From positions 35,973 to 99,972 of the forward strand of contig CAIKMJ010000036.1 in NCBI GenBank assembly GCA_903828455.1: 64,000 bases of DNA, read 5' to 3'. A program made the translations under genes and the position numbers. The notes below the pieces were generated by a model. The model was not told where the DNA came from, made no database searches, and worked only from the letters and a program-made list of their open reading frames with translations. Below, piece after piece: positions 28,491-38,417 of the stretch. This stretch comes from an uncultured Acidobacteriia bacterium (GTDB lineage: Bacteria > Acidobacteriota > Terriglobia > Bryobacterales > Bryobacteraceae). Within the stretch, counting starts at the first letter, position 1. Each line of letters opens with the position of its first letter.

Positions 28491-30146
28491 ATGGGCGACA
28501 AACTGAAACAGCTCCTGGACGAAATCGACCACCGGACCGGCATCGTATCCGGTCTGCATCACTTTCTGAACGAAGACATTCCGGCGTCGAGCGGCTGGCA
28601 CCAGATTTTTGGCAGCGTGGCGTTGTTCCTCTTCATGGTTCAGTTCTTCACGGGCATGATGCTGGGCTTCAATTATGCGCCCACGCCGGGCGACGCGTAC
28701 AGCAGCGTGCGGTACATCATGACCGAAGTCACGGGCGGAAGGCTGATTCGCGGGCTGCACCACTGGGGCGCGAGCATGATCATCGTGATCGTGGTGATTC
28801 ATATGCTGCAGGTCTTCATCTGGGGCGCCTACAAGAAGCCGCGCGAGGCGACGTGGATTGTGGGCGTGGTGCTGCTGCTGCTGACGCTCGCATACGGTCT
28901 GACCGGATATCTGCTGCCGTGGGACAACCGGGCGTACTGGGGGACGGTGGTGACGACGCAGATCGGCGCCACGGTGCCGATCATGGGTCCGTATGTCAGC
29001 CGGATTCTGGCGAGCGCCGGAGCGATCGGGGTGCAGACGTTTGCGCGGTTCTACACGATGCACGTGCAGCTGCTGCCGCCGCTGACGATGATCCTGATCT
29101 TCTTCCACGTATTTCTGGTGCGCCGCCACGGCGTGGCTCCGGCCCCGGGCGACGAACTGAAGCCGAAGAAGAAGTTTTTTCCCGAACAGGTTTTCAAAGA
29201 CACGGTGGCGGTCTTTGTGGCGTTCGCCATTCTCTTCACCATGGCAGTGATGGCCAAGGTGCCGCTGGAACGTATGGCGGACCCGACGGACACGGCGTAC
29301 ATCCCGCGGCCGGAATGGTACTTCCTGTTCCTGTTCCAGACGCTGAAGGCGTTTGAGGGACCGCTGGAAGTGGTCGGCACAGTCGTGCTGCCGACACTGG
29401 CGATTGTTGCGCTGATCCTGACGCCGTTCATCGACCGCGGCAAGCTGGTGGCGGTGCGCCAGCGCACGCTCGCGATCGGGATCGTGGTGCTGGCGGGCAT
29501 TGGCTGGGGCGGGCTGACCGGCGCTGCCGTGAAGTCGACGCCGCCGCAGACGGTGGCGTCTTCGATCGATTTCGCCGGCCCGACGCAGTGGATGGAATCG
29601 GCGCCCAATGAACTGGCGGGCATCGGTTACTACCGGCGCGAGAAGTGCGGCGCCTGCCACAACATTGAAGCGGGGACTACCGCGAAATCGGGCCCCAATC
29701 TGGTGAATACGGCGCGGCGGCATGATGCCGACTGGCTGCTCACGCACCTGAAGAATCCGGCCGCGGCTACGCCTGGCAGTTCGATGGCGCCGGCCAATCT
29801 GACCGACGCGGAGATGAAGGACGTACAGGCCTTCCTGCTGAAGCTCACGCCGGATAACGCCGAAGTGGTGGATACTGCGCCGGACTTTGCGGTGCAGGGC
29901 GCGATCCTGTACCAGAAGAATTCGTGCGGCGCGTGCCATGCGGTGAACGGTGTGGGCGGGAAGATCGGCCCGGCGCTCAACGGCATGTCGCAGCGGCGCA
30001 ATGAGGCCTGGGTGATCGAGCACTTCGTCAATCCGAAGAAGGTGTCACCCACCACGCCGATGCCGCCCTACAACTTCAAGCAGCCCGATATGCAGAACAT
30101 GGTGAACTACCTGTTCACGCTGGCTGCACGGGCGCCCGGTCAGTAG
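28491..30146 (+). CDS. cytochrome b fused to a C-terminal dihaem cytochrome c domain
   Basis: 551 aa. Cytochrome b N-domain (RGLHHWGASMIIV...H), PEWYFLFLFQ (PEWY) motif, then two CxxCH sites, CGACHNIE and CGACHAVN. Confidence 0.85.
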   Translation: MGDKLKQLLDEIDHRTGIVSGLHHFLNEDIPASSGWHQIFGSVALFLFMVQFFTGMMLGFNYAPTPGDAYSSVRYIMTEVTGGRLIRGLHHWGASMIIVIVVIHMLQVFIWGAYKKPREATWIVGVVLLLLTLAYGLTGYLLPWDNRAYWGTVVTTQIGATVPIMGPYVSRILASAGAIGVQTFARFYTMHVQLLPPLTMILIFFHVFLVRRHGVAPAPGDELKPKKKFFPEQVFKDTVAVFVAFAILFTMAVMAKVPLERMADPTDTAYIPRPEWYFLFLFQTLKAFEGPLEVVGTVVLPTLAIVALILTPFIDRGKLVAVRQRTLAIGIVVLAGIGWGGLTGAAVKSTPPQTVASSIDFAGPTQWMESAPNELAGIGYYRREKCGACHNIEAGTTAKSGPNLVNTARRHDADWLLTHLKNPAAATPGSSMAPANLTDAEMKDVQAFLLKLTPDNAEVVDTAPDFAVQGAILYQKNSCGACHAVNGVGGKIGPALNGMSQRRNEAWVIEHFVNPKKVSPTTPMPPYNFKQPDMQNMVNYLFTLAARAPGQ

Positions 30147-30468
30147 AGAGCGGACTTCGGAAAAGCGGGCCGGGAAGAAATGACCGGTGCGCGGCTGGCA
30201 CTTTTACTGGCCGCGCGTTCGAGGATTCCGTGCGGATGCTGACGGCGATCGCGGCCCGTTCGCAACCACCCGGCGCGCCGAGGTGCCGCTACCTGAAACA
30301 TTCCATTGCGCCGGAGAAACGCGCTTCGATGCCCGATGCGGCAGACGACGGTTGCCGCTGCAACTTCCATTAACGGAACCTTTAAGATCGAAGCCGTGAA
30401 GCATTTTCGAGGCGTATAATTTCAACATCCGGGAAGGCGAAACGGAAATTTGCAACAGGATTGAATGG

Positions 30469-30942
30469 ATGAAACTACGATTGATTGTTGTCTCCGCGAT
30501 GATGGCCGCCACGATGTTCGCCCAGGGCGGAGGCGCTGGTAAAAAGGGAGGCGGCAAGGATGCACCGCCGGCACCGGTCGACACGGCCGCGGCAGTTGAG
30601 CACGACGTGGCGTTCCTGACCAAGTATTTTGCGCTGGACGCTTCGCAGGTCGCGAGGATCACCGACATTGTGAAGAACGAGCAGCGCTGCCTCGCGCCGG
30701 CCGCCGCCGACATCAAGCGCGAAACCGAAGCCATGCTGAAGGCGATGCGGGATCAGATGAACAGCAACCTGTCCGATGCCATTTCACGGCACGCGAAGGC
30801 GGAAGAATCCGCCACCGTTTGCCGCGGCGAGGCAGTGGGCGCGATTTACAAGCAACTGAACGACGCCCAGATTGCGAAGATCAAGGACGGTCTGGTGCCG
30901 CTGATGAGCGGCACGGACAATCGCTTCGGTCCGCGCCAGTAG
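30469..30942 (+). CDS. hypothetical periplasmic helical protein (Spy/CpxP-like composition)
   Basis: 157 aa. Signal peptide MKLRLIVVSAMMAATMFAQ, then a helical, charged sequence. No firm family call. Confidence 0.5.
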   Translation: MKLRLIVVSAMMAATMFAQGGGAGKKGGGKDAPPAPVDTAAAVEHDVAFLTKYFALDASQVARITDIVKNEQRCLAPAAADIKRETEAMLKAMRDQMNSNLSDAISRHAKAEESATVCRGEAVGAIYKQLNDAQIAKIKDGLVPLMSGTDNRFGPRQ

Positions 30943-30980
30943 GCTGCATTCCCCGCGCCGATTGCGGCGCGGCGCAACAA

Positions 30981-31010
30981 AAAAGGCCCCGACGTTTGCC
31001 GGGGCCTTTT
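30981..31010. terminator. bidirectional terminator between convergent genes
   Basis: aaaaggccccg (30981-30991) pairs with cggggcctttt (31000-31010), with an 8-nt loop. Confidence 0.75.
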
Positions 31011-31030
31011 CATTTGCTCGCGTGCCTGTG

Positions 31031-31141
31031 GATCGCGCGAACTTAGATTCGCGCCGTCTTCGATTCGCGCGAGCTTAGATTCGCGCGAGCTTAGATTCGC
31101 GCGAGCTTCGATTCGCGCGAGTTTAGATTCGCGCGATGAGC
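31031..31141. repeat. 16-bp x7 tandem repeat (gattcgcgcgagctta) copying the pckG stop codon plus last codons
   Basis: Units at 31031, 31046, 31062, 31078, 31094, 31110 and 31126. The last unit is the coding end (LIARI) and the real stop tta is at 31123-31125. Six units contain the 8-bp palindrome TCGCGCGA. Confidence 0.95.
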
Positions 31142-32970
31142 AGTTCCCGCTCGTAGATGATTTCGGGCGGCAGATGATCGTGCAGATCGAGGAACAGCTC
31201 CTCGTGGCCGATGACTTCCTGACGCCACGCCTGCGGGTCGAAGCGCTGGAGTTCGTCAAAAGAAGCCTTATCGAAGCCCATGCCGGTCCACTCGATGTCT
31301 TCGTGGCGCGGCATCCAGCCGATGGGCGTTTCCTTGGCCTTGGCGCGGCCGTGCGCGCGGTCGACGATCCACTTCAGCACGCGCATGTTCTCACGGAAGC
31401 CGGGCCAGATGAACCTGCCGTCCTTATCCTTGCGGAACCAGTTGACGTGGAAGATGCGCGGGGTCTCGCTCAGATTGCGCTGCATCTTGAGCCAGTGGCG
31501 GAAGTAGTCGCCCATGTGATAGCCGCAGAAGGGCAGCATAGCCATCGGGTCGCGGCGTACTTTGCCGACGGTGCCGACGGCGGCGGCGGTCATTTCCGAA
31601 CCCATGGTGGCGCCGATATAGACGCCTGAGCTCCAGTTGAAGGCCTGGAAGACGAGCGGCATGGTGGTGGCGCGGCGTCCGCCGAAGATGATGGCGCTGA
31701 TCGGCACGCCGTCGGGATTTTCCCAGGCCGGGTCGATGGTGGGGCACTGCGAGGCCGGCGCGGTGAAGCGCGCGTTGGGATGAGCGGCCTTGGCGCCGGT
31801 CTCCTTCGCGATTTCGGGAGTCCACTTCTTGCCCTGCCAGTCGAGGCACTCGGCGGGCGGCGCGTTGGTCATGCCTTCCCACCACACGCCGCCTTCGGGC
31901 GTGAGGCCGACGTTGGTGAAGATGGTATTGCGCGCCAGCGAGGCCATGGCGTTGGGATTGGTCTGGTGCGAGGTGCCCGGCGCGACGCCGAAGAAGCCGG
32001 CTTCCGGGTTGATGGCGCGCAACTGGCCGTCTTTGTCGGGCTTGATCCAGGCGATGTCGTCGCCTACCGTCCAGACTTTCCAGCCCTCGAAGCCTTCGGG
32101 CGGCACCAGCATGGCGAAGTTCGTCTTGCCGCAGGCGCTGGGGAAGGCAGCCGCCACGTAGGTCTTTTCGCCGGCGGGATTTTCCACGCCCACGATGAGC
32201 ATGTGCTCGGCCATCCAGCCTTCATCGCGCGCAATATTGGAAGCGATGCGCAGCGCGAAGCACTTCTTGCCGAGCAGCGCGTTGCCGCCGTAACCGGAAC
32301 CGAACGACCAGATCTCGCGCGTCTCCGGGAAGTGAACGATGTATTTTTCCTTGTTGCACGGCCAGACCACATCCTTCTGGCCGTCGGCGAGCGGCATGCC
32401 GACCGAGTGCATGCACGGCACGACGCGTTTGAAGTCCTTGTCGATTTCGGCGAAGACCGGCACGCCGATGCGGGCCATGATCCGCATGTTGACCACGACG
32501 TAGGGCGAATCGGTCAGCTGCACGCCGATCTGCGACATGGGCGAGCCGATGGGTCCCATGCTGAAGGGCAGCACGTACATCGTGCGGCCTTTCATGCAGC
32601 CGTGAAAGAGCCGCTTCAGCGTGCGGCGCATTTCGGCGGGCGGCTCCCAGTTGTTGGTGGGGCCGGCGTTGTCCTTCGCCAGGGAGCAGATGAACGTGCG
32701 GTCTTCCACGCGCGCGACATCGCTCGCGTCCGAGCGGGCGTAAAAGCATCCCGGCCACAAATCCTGGTTCAGGCGAATGAATGTACCGGCCGCGACCATC
32801 TGTTCGCAGAGATCGTCGTATTCTTCGCGCGAACCATCGACCCAGTGGATGGCCGCGGGCTGGGTGAGCTGCGCCATCTTATCGACCCAGCGCTGCAGAT
32901 GCTTGTTGCGGCTCAGAGGAACCGCGGGGTCACGCTTTTCCGATTTGGTTGTGGTTGACATGATGGGCAC
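31123..32970 (-). CDS. pckG: phosphoenolpyruvate carboxykinase (GTP)
   Basis: 615 aa, full-length collinear with GTP-PEPCKs. Motifs seen: FPSACGKTN kinase-1a, WMAEHMLI, and GDDIAWI. Start is GTG 32970 or ATG 32961. Confidence 0.93.
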   Translation of the reverse strand: MPIMSTTTKSEKRDPAVPLSRNKHLQRWVDKMAQLTQPAAIHWVDGSREEYDDLCEQMVAAGTFIRLNQDLWPGCFYARSDASDVARVEDRTFICSLAKDNAGPTNNWEPPAEMRRTLKRLFHGCMKGRTMYVLPFSMGPIGSPMSQIGVQLTDSPYVVVNMRIMARIGVPVFAEIDKDFKRVVPCMHSVGMPLADGQKDVVWPCNKEKYIVHFPETREIWSFGSGYGGNALLGKKCFALRIASNIARDEGWMAEHMLIVGVENPAGEKTYVAAAFPSACGKTNFAMLVPPEGFEGWKVWTVGDDIAWIKPDKDGQLRAINPEAGFFGVAPGTSHQTNPNAMASLARNTIFTNVGLTPEGGVWWEGMTNAPPAECLDWQGKKWTPEIAKETGAKAAHPNARFTAPASQCPTIDPAWENPDGVPISAIIFGGRRATTMPLVFQAFNWSSGVYIGATMGSEMTAAAVGTVGKVRRDPMAMLPFCGYHMGDYFRHWLKMQRNLSETPRIFHVNWFRKDKDGRFIWPGFRENMRVLKWIVDRAHGRAKAKETPIGWMPRHEDIEWTGMGFDKASFDELQRFDPQAWRQEVIGHEELFLDLHDHLPPEIIYERELLIARI

Positions 32971-33033
32971 CGGGGACCGGGAGGCGCTGAACGTCGTGGT
33001 TCAGACGCCGCCGGTTACTACGGGATTATGGGA

Positions 33034-34041
33034 CTAGAGTTTCACGCCGGCCTTCACGAACCACGGGGTGGCGCTCGTGATGGCCTGGTTGACGGCTTCG
33101 ATGTTCTTCACGCCTTCGGTCGAGAGGAACTCTTCGAGCGCCGCCAGACCTTTGGTGGCGTAGATCGGCATGCCGTCTTTCCACGTGGCGCGACCGCAGA
33201 GAACGCCGGAGTAATCGGTGCCGCTTTCCGCCGCCATGCTGAGCGATTCGATGAACTGCGCGTTGCTCACGCCGGCCGAGAGATAGATGAACGGCTTCTT
33301 CGCCACCGAAGCGGCGTTGCGGAAATGCTCCAGAGCTTCGGCCCGCGAATAGGCGGCCTGGCCTTTGAACACGCTGCTGCCTTCGACGTAATTGGCGTTG
33401 ATGGGGACTTCGACCTTCAGCACGTCGACGCGGTACTGCGGTTTGGAGAACTCTTCCATGGAGCGCGTGACGACCTCGGGCTTCTTCTTCGCAAATTCGA
33501 GGCCCTTTTCGTCACCGCCGGCCGGATCGTAACCGACGAATTCGAGGAAGAAGGGAATTTCGTAGGTTTCGCACTCGGCGCCGATGCGTTCCACGAAGGC
33601 GTGCTTGATGTCGTTAACCTTCGGATCGTCGAACGGCGTGTAATAGATGAGGATCTTGACGGCGTCGCCGCCCATCTCTTCTTTGATGCGGCGCACGGAA
33701 ACATGCGGCAGCAGATCGGGCAGACGGCCGGGCTGCGTGTTATCGTAGCCGGAATTTTCATAGGCGAGCAGCAGGCCGGCGTTCTTCGAACGTGCCCGCG
33801 ATGCCGGCAGACCCCATTCCGGATCGAGCAGGATGGCGCTGGCGTGAGGCGTCAGGATCCGCGTTACGGCGGTCTTGAACTCCTCCATCTCGTGATCGGT
33901 GATTTCCTTCTGCGAAACACCTTTCGCGGAAGCAAGGGACTTGGCAAGGCTGCCACGCTGGTCCATGGCAGCTGCTGCAATCACGCCTGCCGGATTGGCA
34001 AGCGCTTTCATGTGTGCGATTTTACCGGCGGAAAGACTCAT
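33034..34041 (-). CDS. class I aldolase of the LacD (tagatose-1,6-bisphosphate aldolase) family
   Basis: 335 aa, collinear with LacD as recalled. Motifs seen: AMDQRGS, ILLDPEWG, LLLAYE, DVLKVEVP, YLSAGVS, and GVLCGRATW. Confidence 0.82.
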   Translation of the reverse strand: MSLSAGKIAHMKALANPAGVIAAAAMDQRGSLAKSLASAKGVSQKEITDHEMEEFKTAVTRILTPHASAILLDPEWGLPASRARSKNAGLLLAYENSGYDNTQPGRLPDLLPHVSVRRIKEEMGGDAVKILIYYTPFDDPKVNDIKHAFVERIGAECETYEIPFFLEFVGYDPAGGDEKGLEFAKKKPEVVTRSMEEFSKPQYRVDVLKVEVPINANYVEGSSVFKGQAAYSRAEALEHFRNAASVAKKPFIYLSAGVSNAQFIESLSMAAESGTDYSGVLCGRATWKDGMPIYATKGLAALEEFLSTEGVKNIEAVNQAITSATPWFVKAGVKL

Positions 34042-34096
34042 GGAATTCCCTCCTCAGGGGCCTTAAGATTTCTTAAGCCAAAATTATCCCACGCGG

Positions 34097-35056
34097 CTAC
34101 GCACGAGCCCTGCGCCGCAAGCGGCGATGCAGACGCGCCGCGAGGCCGATATCGCGCATTATCTGCGCTTTGAGAGCCTCGGCGGCGGGGAACTTCTTTT
34201 CGTCGCGGACGAAATAGAGGAAACTGACCTCGATCTTTTCCGGGGTCGCGCCGTCCAGCGGGTCGAGCAGAAAGGTTTCGACGGTGAGTTCGGCGCCGTC
34301 AAAAGTAGGACGCATGCCGACGTTGGTGATGGAGGCCCATTCACGCGCGCCGTTCAGTTCACGGGCTCGCGTTACATAGACGCCCTGCCGCGGCAGGATT
34401 TCATTGAACGGTTTGAGATTGAGAGTCGGGACGGTCTGCTTCGAACCGATTCCATGGCCGCGCACGACTTCGCCTTCAATCGCAAAGGGCGAGCCGAGCA
34501 TGCGGCACGCACGCGAAACCTGGCCTTCGGCGATGAGATTGCGAATCGCGGTGCTGCTGACCCGCGCACCGCGCCGCCCGACGCCGGCGGCGCCGCCGAC
34601 GCCTTCCACCGTGAAACCGAATTTGTCGCCAAGTTCGCGCAGCGTGGCGAAACTGCCCGACTGACCGCAACCGAAACGGAAGTCTTCGCCGACGAGCACG
34701 ACGCGGGCCTGCAGCTTGCGGGACAACACGTCGCGCGCAAACTGTTCCGGAGTGAGTTTGGCGAAATCGGGGGAAAACCGGCACAGCCACACGGCGCCGA
34801 TGCCGGCGGCTTCGATGTTGCGCAGCCGCTGATTGATCGTCATGAGCAGTTTCGGCGCGCGTTGCGGGGCGAGCACCTGCGCCGGATGCGGATCGAAGGT
34901 CATGGCCACCGGCAACAGGCCGCGAGCGCCGGCGATCTCCACCGCGCGCCGCATGATGGCGCGGTGACCGGCATGCACTCCGTCGAAGTTCCCGATGGTG
35001 ACGACGGACGGCCCCAGTCCGGCCGGAATCTCGCCTGCAGCGCGAAAGATCTTCAT
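34097..35056 (-). CDS. ribF: bifunctional riboflavin kinase / FAD synthetase
   Basis: ATG at 35056 (MKIFRAAGE..). GNFDGVHAGH adenylyltransferase motif and a C-terminal riboflavin kinase domain (GFPTxN-like VPTLN, E..L.DF). The start overlaps the upstream stop as ATGA. Confidence 0.9.
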   Translation of the reverse strand: MKIFRAAGEIPAGLGPSVVTIGNFDGVHAGHRAIMRRAVEIAGARGLLPVAMTFDPHPAQVLAPQRAPKLLMTINQRLRNIEAAGIGAVWLCRFSPDFAKLTPEQFARDVLSRKLQARVVLVGEDFRFGCGQSGSFATLRELGDKFGFTVEGVGGAAGVGRRGARVSSTAIRNLIAEGQVSRACRMLGSPFAIEGEVVRGHGIGSKQTVPTLNLKPFNEILPRQGVYVTRARELNGAREWASITNVGMRPTFDGAELTVETFLLDPLDGATPEKIEVSFLYFVRDEKKFPAAEALKAQIMRDIGLAARLHRRLRRRARA

Positions 35057-35859
35057 GCCGGCCGGTTCACTTCGATTTCGAGTCCATCTATTTGAAGCCC
35101 GTCGTAGGCGAGGAACACGCCGGGGGGCAGCGAAGCCTGGGTTTCGGCATGCGGCACGTCGTGGCACATGTGAGTAAACCAGGTCTGTTTGGCGCCGATG
35201 CGCAGGGCGCGTTCGGTGGCGTCCGCCACGGTGGTGTGGGTCGGATGCGGCCGGTGGCGTAGTGCGTCGAGGAAGAGCACGTCGAGCCCCTGCAGCAGAG
35301 GCAGCGACGAATCCGGAATCGCATTGTGATCCGTCAGGTAAGCAACGTTGCCGAAGCGATAGCCGTAGATCGTTTCCCTGCCGTGGATCAGCGGAATCGG
35401 CTGAAAGCTGATGCCGAGGACGTCGAATGCGGCATCGCCAATGATGTTCACCTCGACCTGCGGGATGGCGGTCTTGCCTTCGTGCTGCTCGAACACATAA
35501 GAGAAGACGCGGCGGATGGTGGAAAACGCCTTTTCGGAAGTGTAGATGGGGATGCGGCCGCCCTGGTGGTAGTTGAACGGACGGACGTCGTCGAGTCCCA
35601 GAATATGGTCGGCGTGCGAGTGCGTGTAGAGAATGGCGTCGAGCCGGGTGACCTTGGCGCGCAGCACCTGCGTGCGGAAGTCAGGCGTGGTATCGATCAC
35701 GATATTGCGGTCGCCTTCGGGCATGGGCACCGTGATGAGAATGGACGGGCGCAGGCGGTTATCGCGCGGATCGGAGGAGTGGCAGACCGCGCAGGAACAG
35801 CCAATGGTGGGCACGCCGGAACTGGTTCCGGAACCCAGCACGGTGATTCGGAACTGCAT
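35053..35859 (-). CDS. MBL-fold hydrolase (PhnP-like)
   Basis: 268 aa. VLGSGTSSGVP, a Cys cluster CSCAVC, and THSHADH (HxHxDH). Confidence 0.8.
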   Translation of the reverse strand: MQFRITVLGSGTSSGVPTIGCSCAVCHSSDPRDNRLRPSILITVPMPEGDRNIVIDTTPDFRTQVLRAKVTRLDAILYTHSHADHILGLDDVRPFNYHQGGRIPIYTSEKAFSTIRRVFSYVFEQHEGKTAIPQVEVNIIGDAAFDVLGISFQPIPLIHGRETIYGYRFGNVAYLTDHNAIPDSSLPLLQGLDVLFLDALRHRPHPTHTTVADATERALRIGAKQTWFTHMCHDVPHAETQASLPPGVFLAYDGLQIDGLEIEVNRPA

Positions 35860-36191
35860 CAGACGGCTTTTTCTTTCACCTGAATAAAGCGGAAGCGCAG
35901 TTCGGTGACCGAATTATCCAGCATGCGCTGTTCTTCGAGAGACAGATTGCCGCGCGTTTTTTCCTGCAGCATGGCCAGCAGATCGATGTGATGGCGCGCC
36001 AGTTCGAAATCGGGCTTCTGCCCGTCCTCGCCAAAGGGCAGCAGGCCCAGATTCATTTCGGCCTGCAGGCGCAGAGAATAGACCAGAAAATCGAAGTCCG
36101 CGGGCGGCAGTGCCGGGCGAGGCGCGTCCTGATCGCCGCTTTCGGGGCCGCCGCCGAAAAGCTGCGAAACGTTCTCTTCCATGTCGCTCAT
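35859..36191 (-). CDS. DUF1844 domain protein
   Basis: 110 aa. Acidic N-terminus, then FLVYSLRLQAEMNLG...ARHHIDLLAMLQEKTRGNL, typical of DUF1844. Confidence 0.7.
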   Translation of the reverse strand: MSDMEENVSQLFGGGPESGDQDAPRPALPPADFDFLVYSLRLQAEMNLGLLPFGEDGQKPDFELARHHIDLLAMLQEKTRGNLSLEEQRMLDNSVTELRFRFIQVKEKAV

Positions 36192-36278
36192 GACATCAGT
36201 CTACAACCAGCGGAAACGCCCCGTCAGCAGGTGCTACATTCGGATTTGACCCCCGACCAGCCACAAAACACGCCGCCC

Positions 36279-37070
36279 GTGCCCGCCGGCACCGGCCAGA
36301 AATTCGAACGCCTCGTCCAGATCATGGCGCAGTTGCGCGCGCCCGGCGGATGCCCGTGGGACCGCGAGCAGAGCTTCGATTCCATCAAGCCCTACACGCT
36401 CGAAGAGACGTATGAAGTGCTGGACGCAATCGACCGCAGAGACTGGGACGATCTGCGGGCCGAGCTCGGCGACTTCATGCTGCAGGCCGTCTTCTTTGCC
36501 GAAATGGCCGCCGAGCAGGGGCACTTCAACATCGGCGATTCGCTCGATGCAATCAATGAGAAGCTGGTGCGGCGGCATCCGCATGTATTCGGCGAGGAGT
36601 CCGCCAGCACCGGCACGGAAGTGCTGAAGCGGTGGGACCAGATCAAGGCCGAAGAACGTAAATCGAAGCCGAAGCCGGAGGCGGAAGGGCTGCTCGACCC
36701 GGTGCCGCGCGCGCTGCCGGCGCTGGTGGAGGCGCAACAGATCAGCTCCCGCGCCGCGCGTGCCGGCTTCGACTGGCCGGATATCAACGGCGTTCTGGCC
36801 AAGCTCGATGAAGAGCGGAAGGAATTCGCCGAAGCCCGCGAAATGGGCACGCAGGAACAGATTGCCGATGAGCTGGGCGATCTGCTGTTCGTGCTGGTCA
36901 ACCTGGCGCGCTTCGTCAAGGTGGATCCCGAACAGGCGCTGCGGCGCACCAATGCCAAATTCCGGCAGCGTTTCGGCCACGTGGAGCGGCGGCTGCGCGA
37001 GCAGGGCAGGGCCGTTCCGGGGACGCCGATCGAAGAGCTTGAAGCATTGTGGCAGGAGGCCAAACGGTAA
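36279..37070 (+). CDS. mazG: nucleoside triphosphate pyrophosphohydrolase MazG
   Basis: Part of ORF 35988..37070. FERLVQIMAQLRAPGGCPWDREQSF...YTLEETYEVLDAI aligns with the E. coli MazG N-terminus. The start is uncertain: GTG 36279 is preferred, with GTG 36231 or TTG 36246 possible. Confidence 0.85.
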   Translation: MPAGTGQKFERLVQIMAQLRAPGGCPWDREQSFDSIKPYTLEETYEVLDAIDRRDWDDLRAELGDFMLQAVFFAEMAAEQGHFNIGDSLDAINEKLVRRHPHVFGEESASTGTEVLKRWDQIKAEERKSKPKPEAEGLLDPVPRALPALVEAQQISSRAARAGFDWPDINGVLAKLDEERKEFAEAREMGTQEQIADELGDLLFVLVNLARFVKVDPEQALRRTNAKFRQRFGHVERRLREQGRAVPGTPIEELEALWQEAKR

Positions 37071-37085
37071 CGGACGCCGCGCACC

Positions 37086-38417
37086 ATGAGCGCCTTCACC
37101 AGCCTGCTACGCAATAACCGCAACTACCGGGCGACGTGGGCGGGCCAGTGCGTCAGCGAGATCGGCGATCACTTCAACAACATCGCCGTGCTGAGTCTGG
37201 CGATGGAACATTCGCAGCCGGGACTGGTGGTGACCGGCGTGTTCCTCGCGCGCGCGGTCCCGATGCTGGCGGCCGGGCCCATTGCGGGCGTGCTGCTGGA
37301 CCGGCTGGACCGCAAGCGCGTGATGATCGCGAGCGATCTGGCGCGGGCGGTGATTGCGCTGGGCTTCATCCTCTGCATTCACCGGCAGGACACCGGGCTG
37401 CTGTACGGACTCAGCGCGCTGCTGATGTTCGCCTCGCCGTTCTTTACCAGCGGGCGGTCATCGATCCTGCCCAACATTGCGACGCCCGCGGAACTGCACA
37501 CGGCCAACACGATGACGCAGACGACGTCGTGGGCGGCGATCACGATCGGGGCGTTTCTGGGCGCGGTGGGAACGACGGGGGGCTACGAGTTCGCGTTCCT
37601 GTTCAACGCATTGTCGTTCGTGATTTCGGCATTCTGCATCTCGCGACTGAAGCGCGAGGGCGGCTTCCGGCCGGCGAAGCCGAATGCCGGGGTGACGAGT
37701 GAGACGCCGGCGGTGACCAGTGAGACGCCGGCGAAGGAATCGGGCCTGACGCAGTATCGCGAAGGGCTGCGCTACATGCGGGCCACGCCGCTGGTGGCGG
37801 GCGTTGCGCTGCTGAGCGCGGGCTGGGCGTCGGGCGGCGGCGCGGCGCAGATTCTGTTCAGCCTGTTCGGGGAAAAGGTTTTCAATCGCGGCGCGTGGGG
37901 CATCGGCTTCATCTGGGGATGGGCCGGGATCGGGCTGCTGCTGGGGGCGTCGATCGCGTACCGGCTGGGCAAGCGGCTGTCGTTCGGCGGTTATAAGCGG
38001 ACGGTGGCGATTGTGTATCTGATCCACGGCGGCGCCTACGTTGTGTTCAGCCAGATGCCGCGGCTCTGGCAGGCATGCTTCTTCATTATGATTTCGCGGG
38101 CCGGCATTTCGATCAGCTCGGTGCTGAACTACTCGCAGCTGCTGCATCATGTGGAGGACCGGTATCGCGGCCGGGTATTCGCTACGCTGGAATCGATCAC
38201 CTGGTCGGTCATGATGCTCTCGATGATGGCGGCGGGCGCTGCCAGTACGGTTTACAGTCCGCGAACGATCGGCGCGTGGGCCGGGACGATCAGCGCATCG
38301 ACGGCGATCTTCTGGCTGTGGGCCAACTGGTCCGGCAGGCTGCCGGAACCGGTGCGGCATCCGGTGGCGGCTATGGCGGAAGGTGAAGTGCAGGCGGAAC
38401 CTCCGGTGACATCATGA
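37086..38417 (+). CDS. MFS transporter
   Basis: 443 aa with about 12 TM helices. N-terminal FRxLWxGQxxSxxGD-type motif (YRATWAGQCVSEIGD) of the EntS/DUF894-like MFS group. Confidence 0.8.
   Translation: MSAFTSLLRNNRNYRATWAGQCVSEIGDHFNNIAVLSLAMEHSQPGLVVTGVFLARAVPMLAAGPIAGVLLDRLDRKRVMIASDLARAVIALGFILCIHRQDTGLLYGLSALLMFASPFFTSGRSSILPNIATPAELHTANTMTQTTSWAAITIGAFLGAVGTTGGYEFAFLFNALSFVISAFCISRLKREGGFRPAKPNAGVTSETPAVTSETPAKESGLTQYREGLRYMRATPLVAGVALLSAGWASGGGAAQILFSLFGEKVFNRGAWGIGFIWGWAGIGLLLGASIAYRLGKRLSFGGYKRTVAIVYLIHGGAYVVFSQMPRLWQACFFIMISRAGISISSVLNYSQLLHHVEDRYRGRVFATLESITWSVMMLSMMAAGAASTVYSPRTIGAWAGTISASTAIFWLWANWSGRLPEPVRHPVAAMAEGEVQAEPPVTS

Noticed and set aside
26861-31141. Possibility that the 15-23-bp tandem arrays are CRISPR arrays
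   Set aside because: The units are directly contiguous with no unique spacers. They are too short, no cas genes are present, and the first unit is part of a coding sequence.
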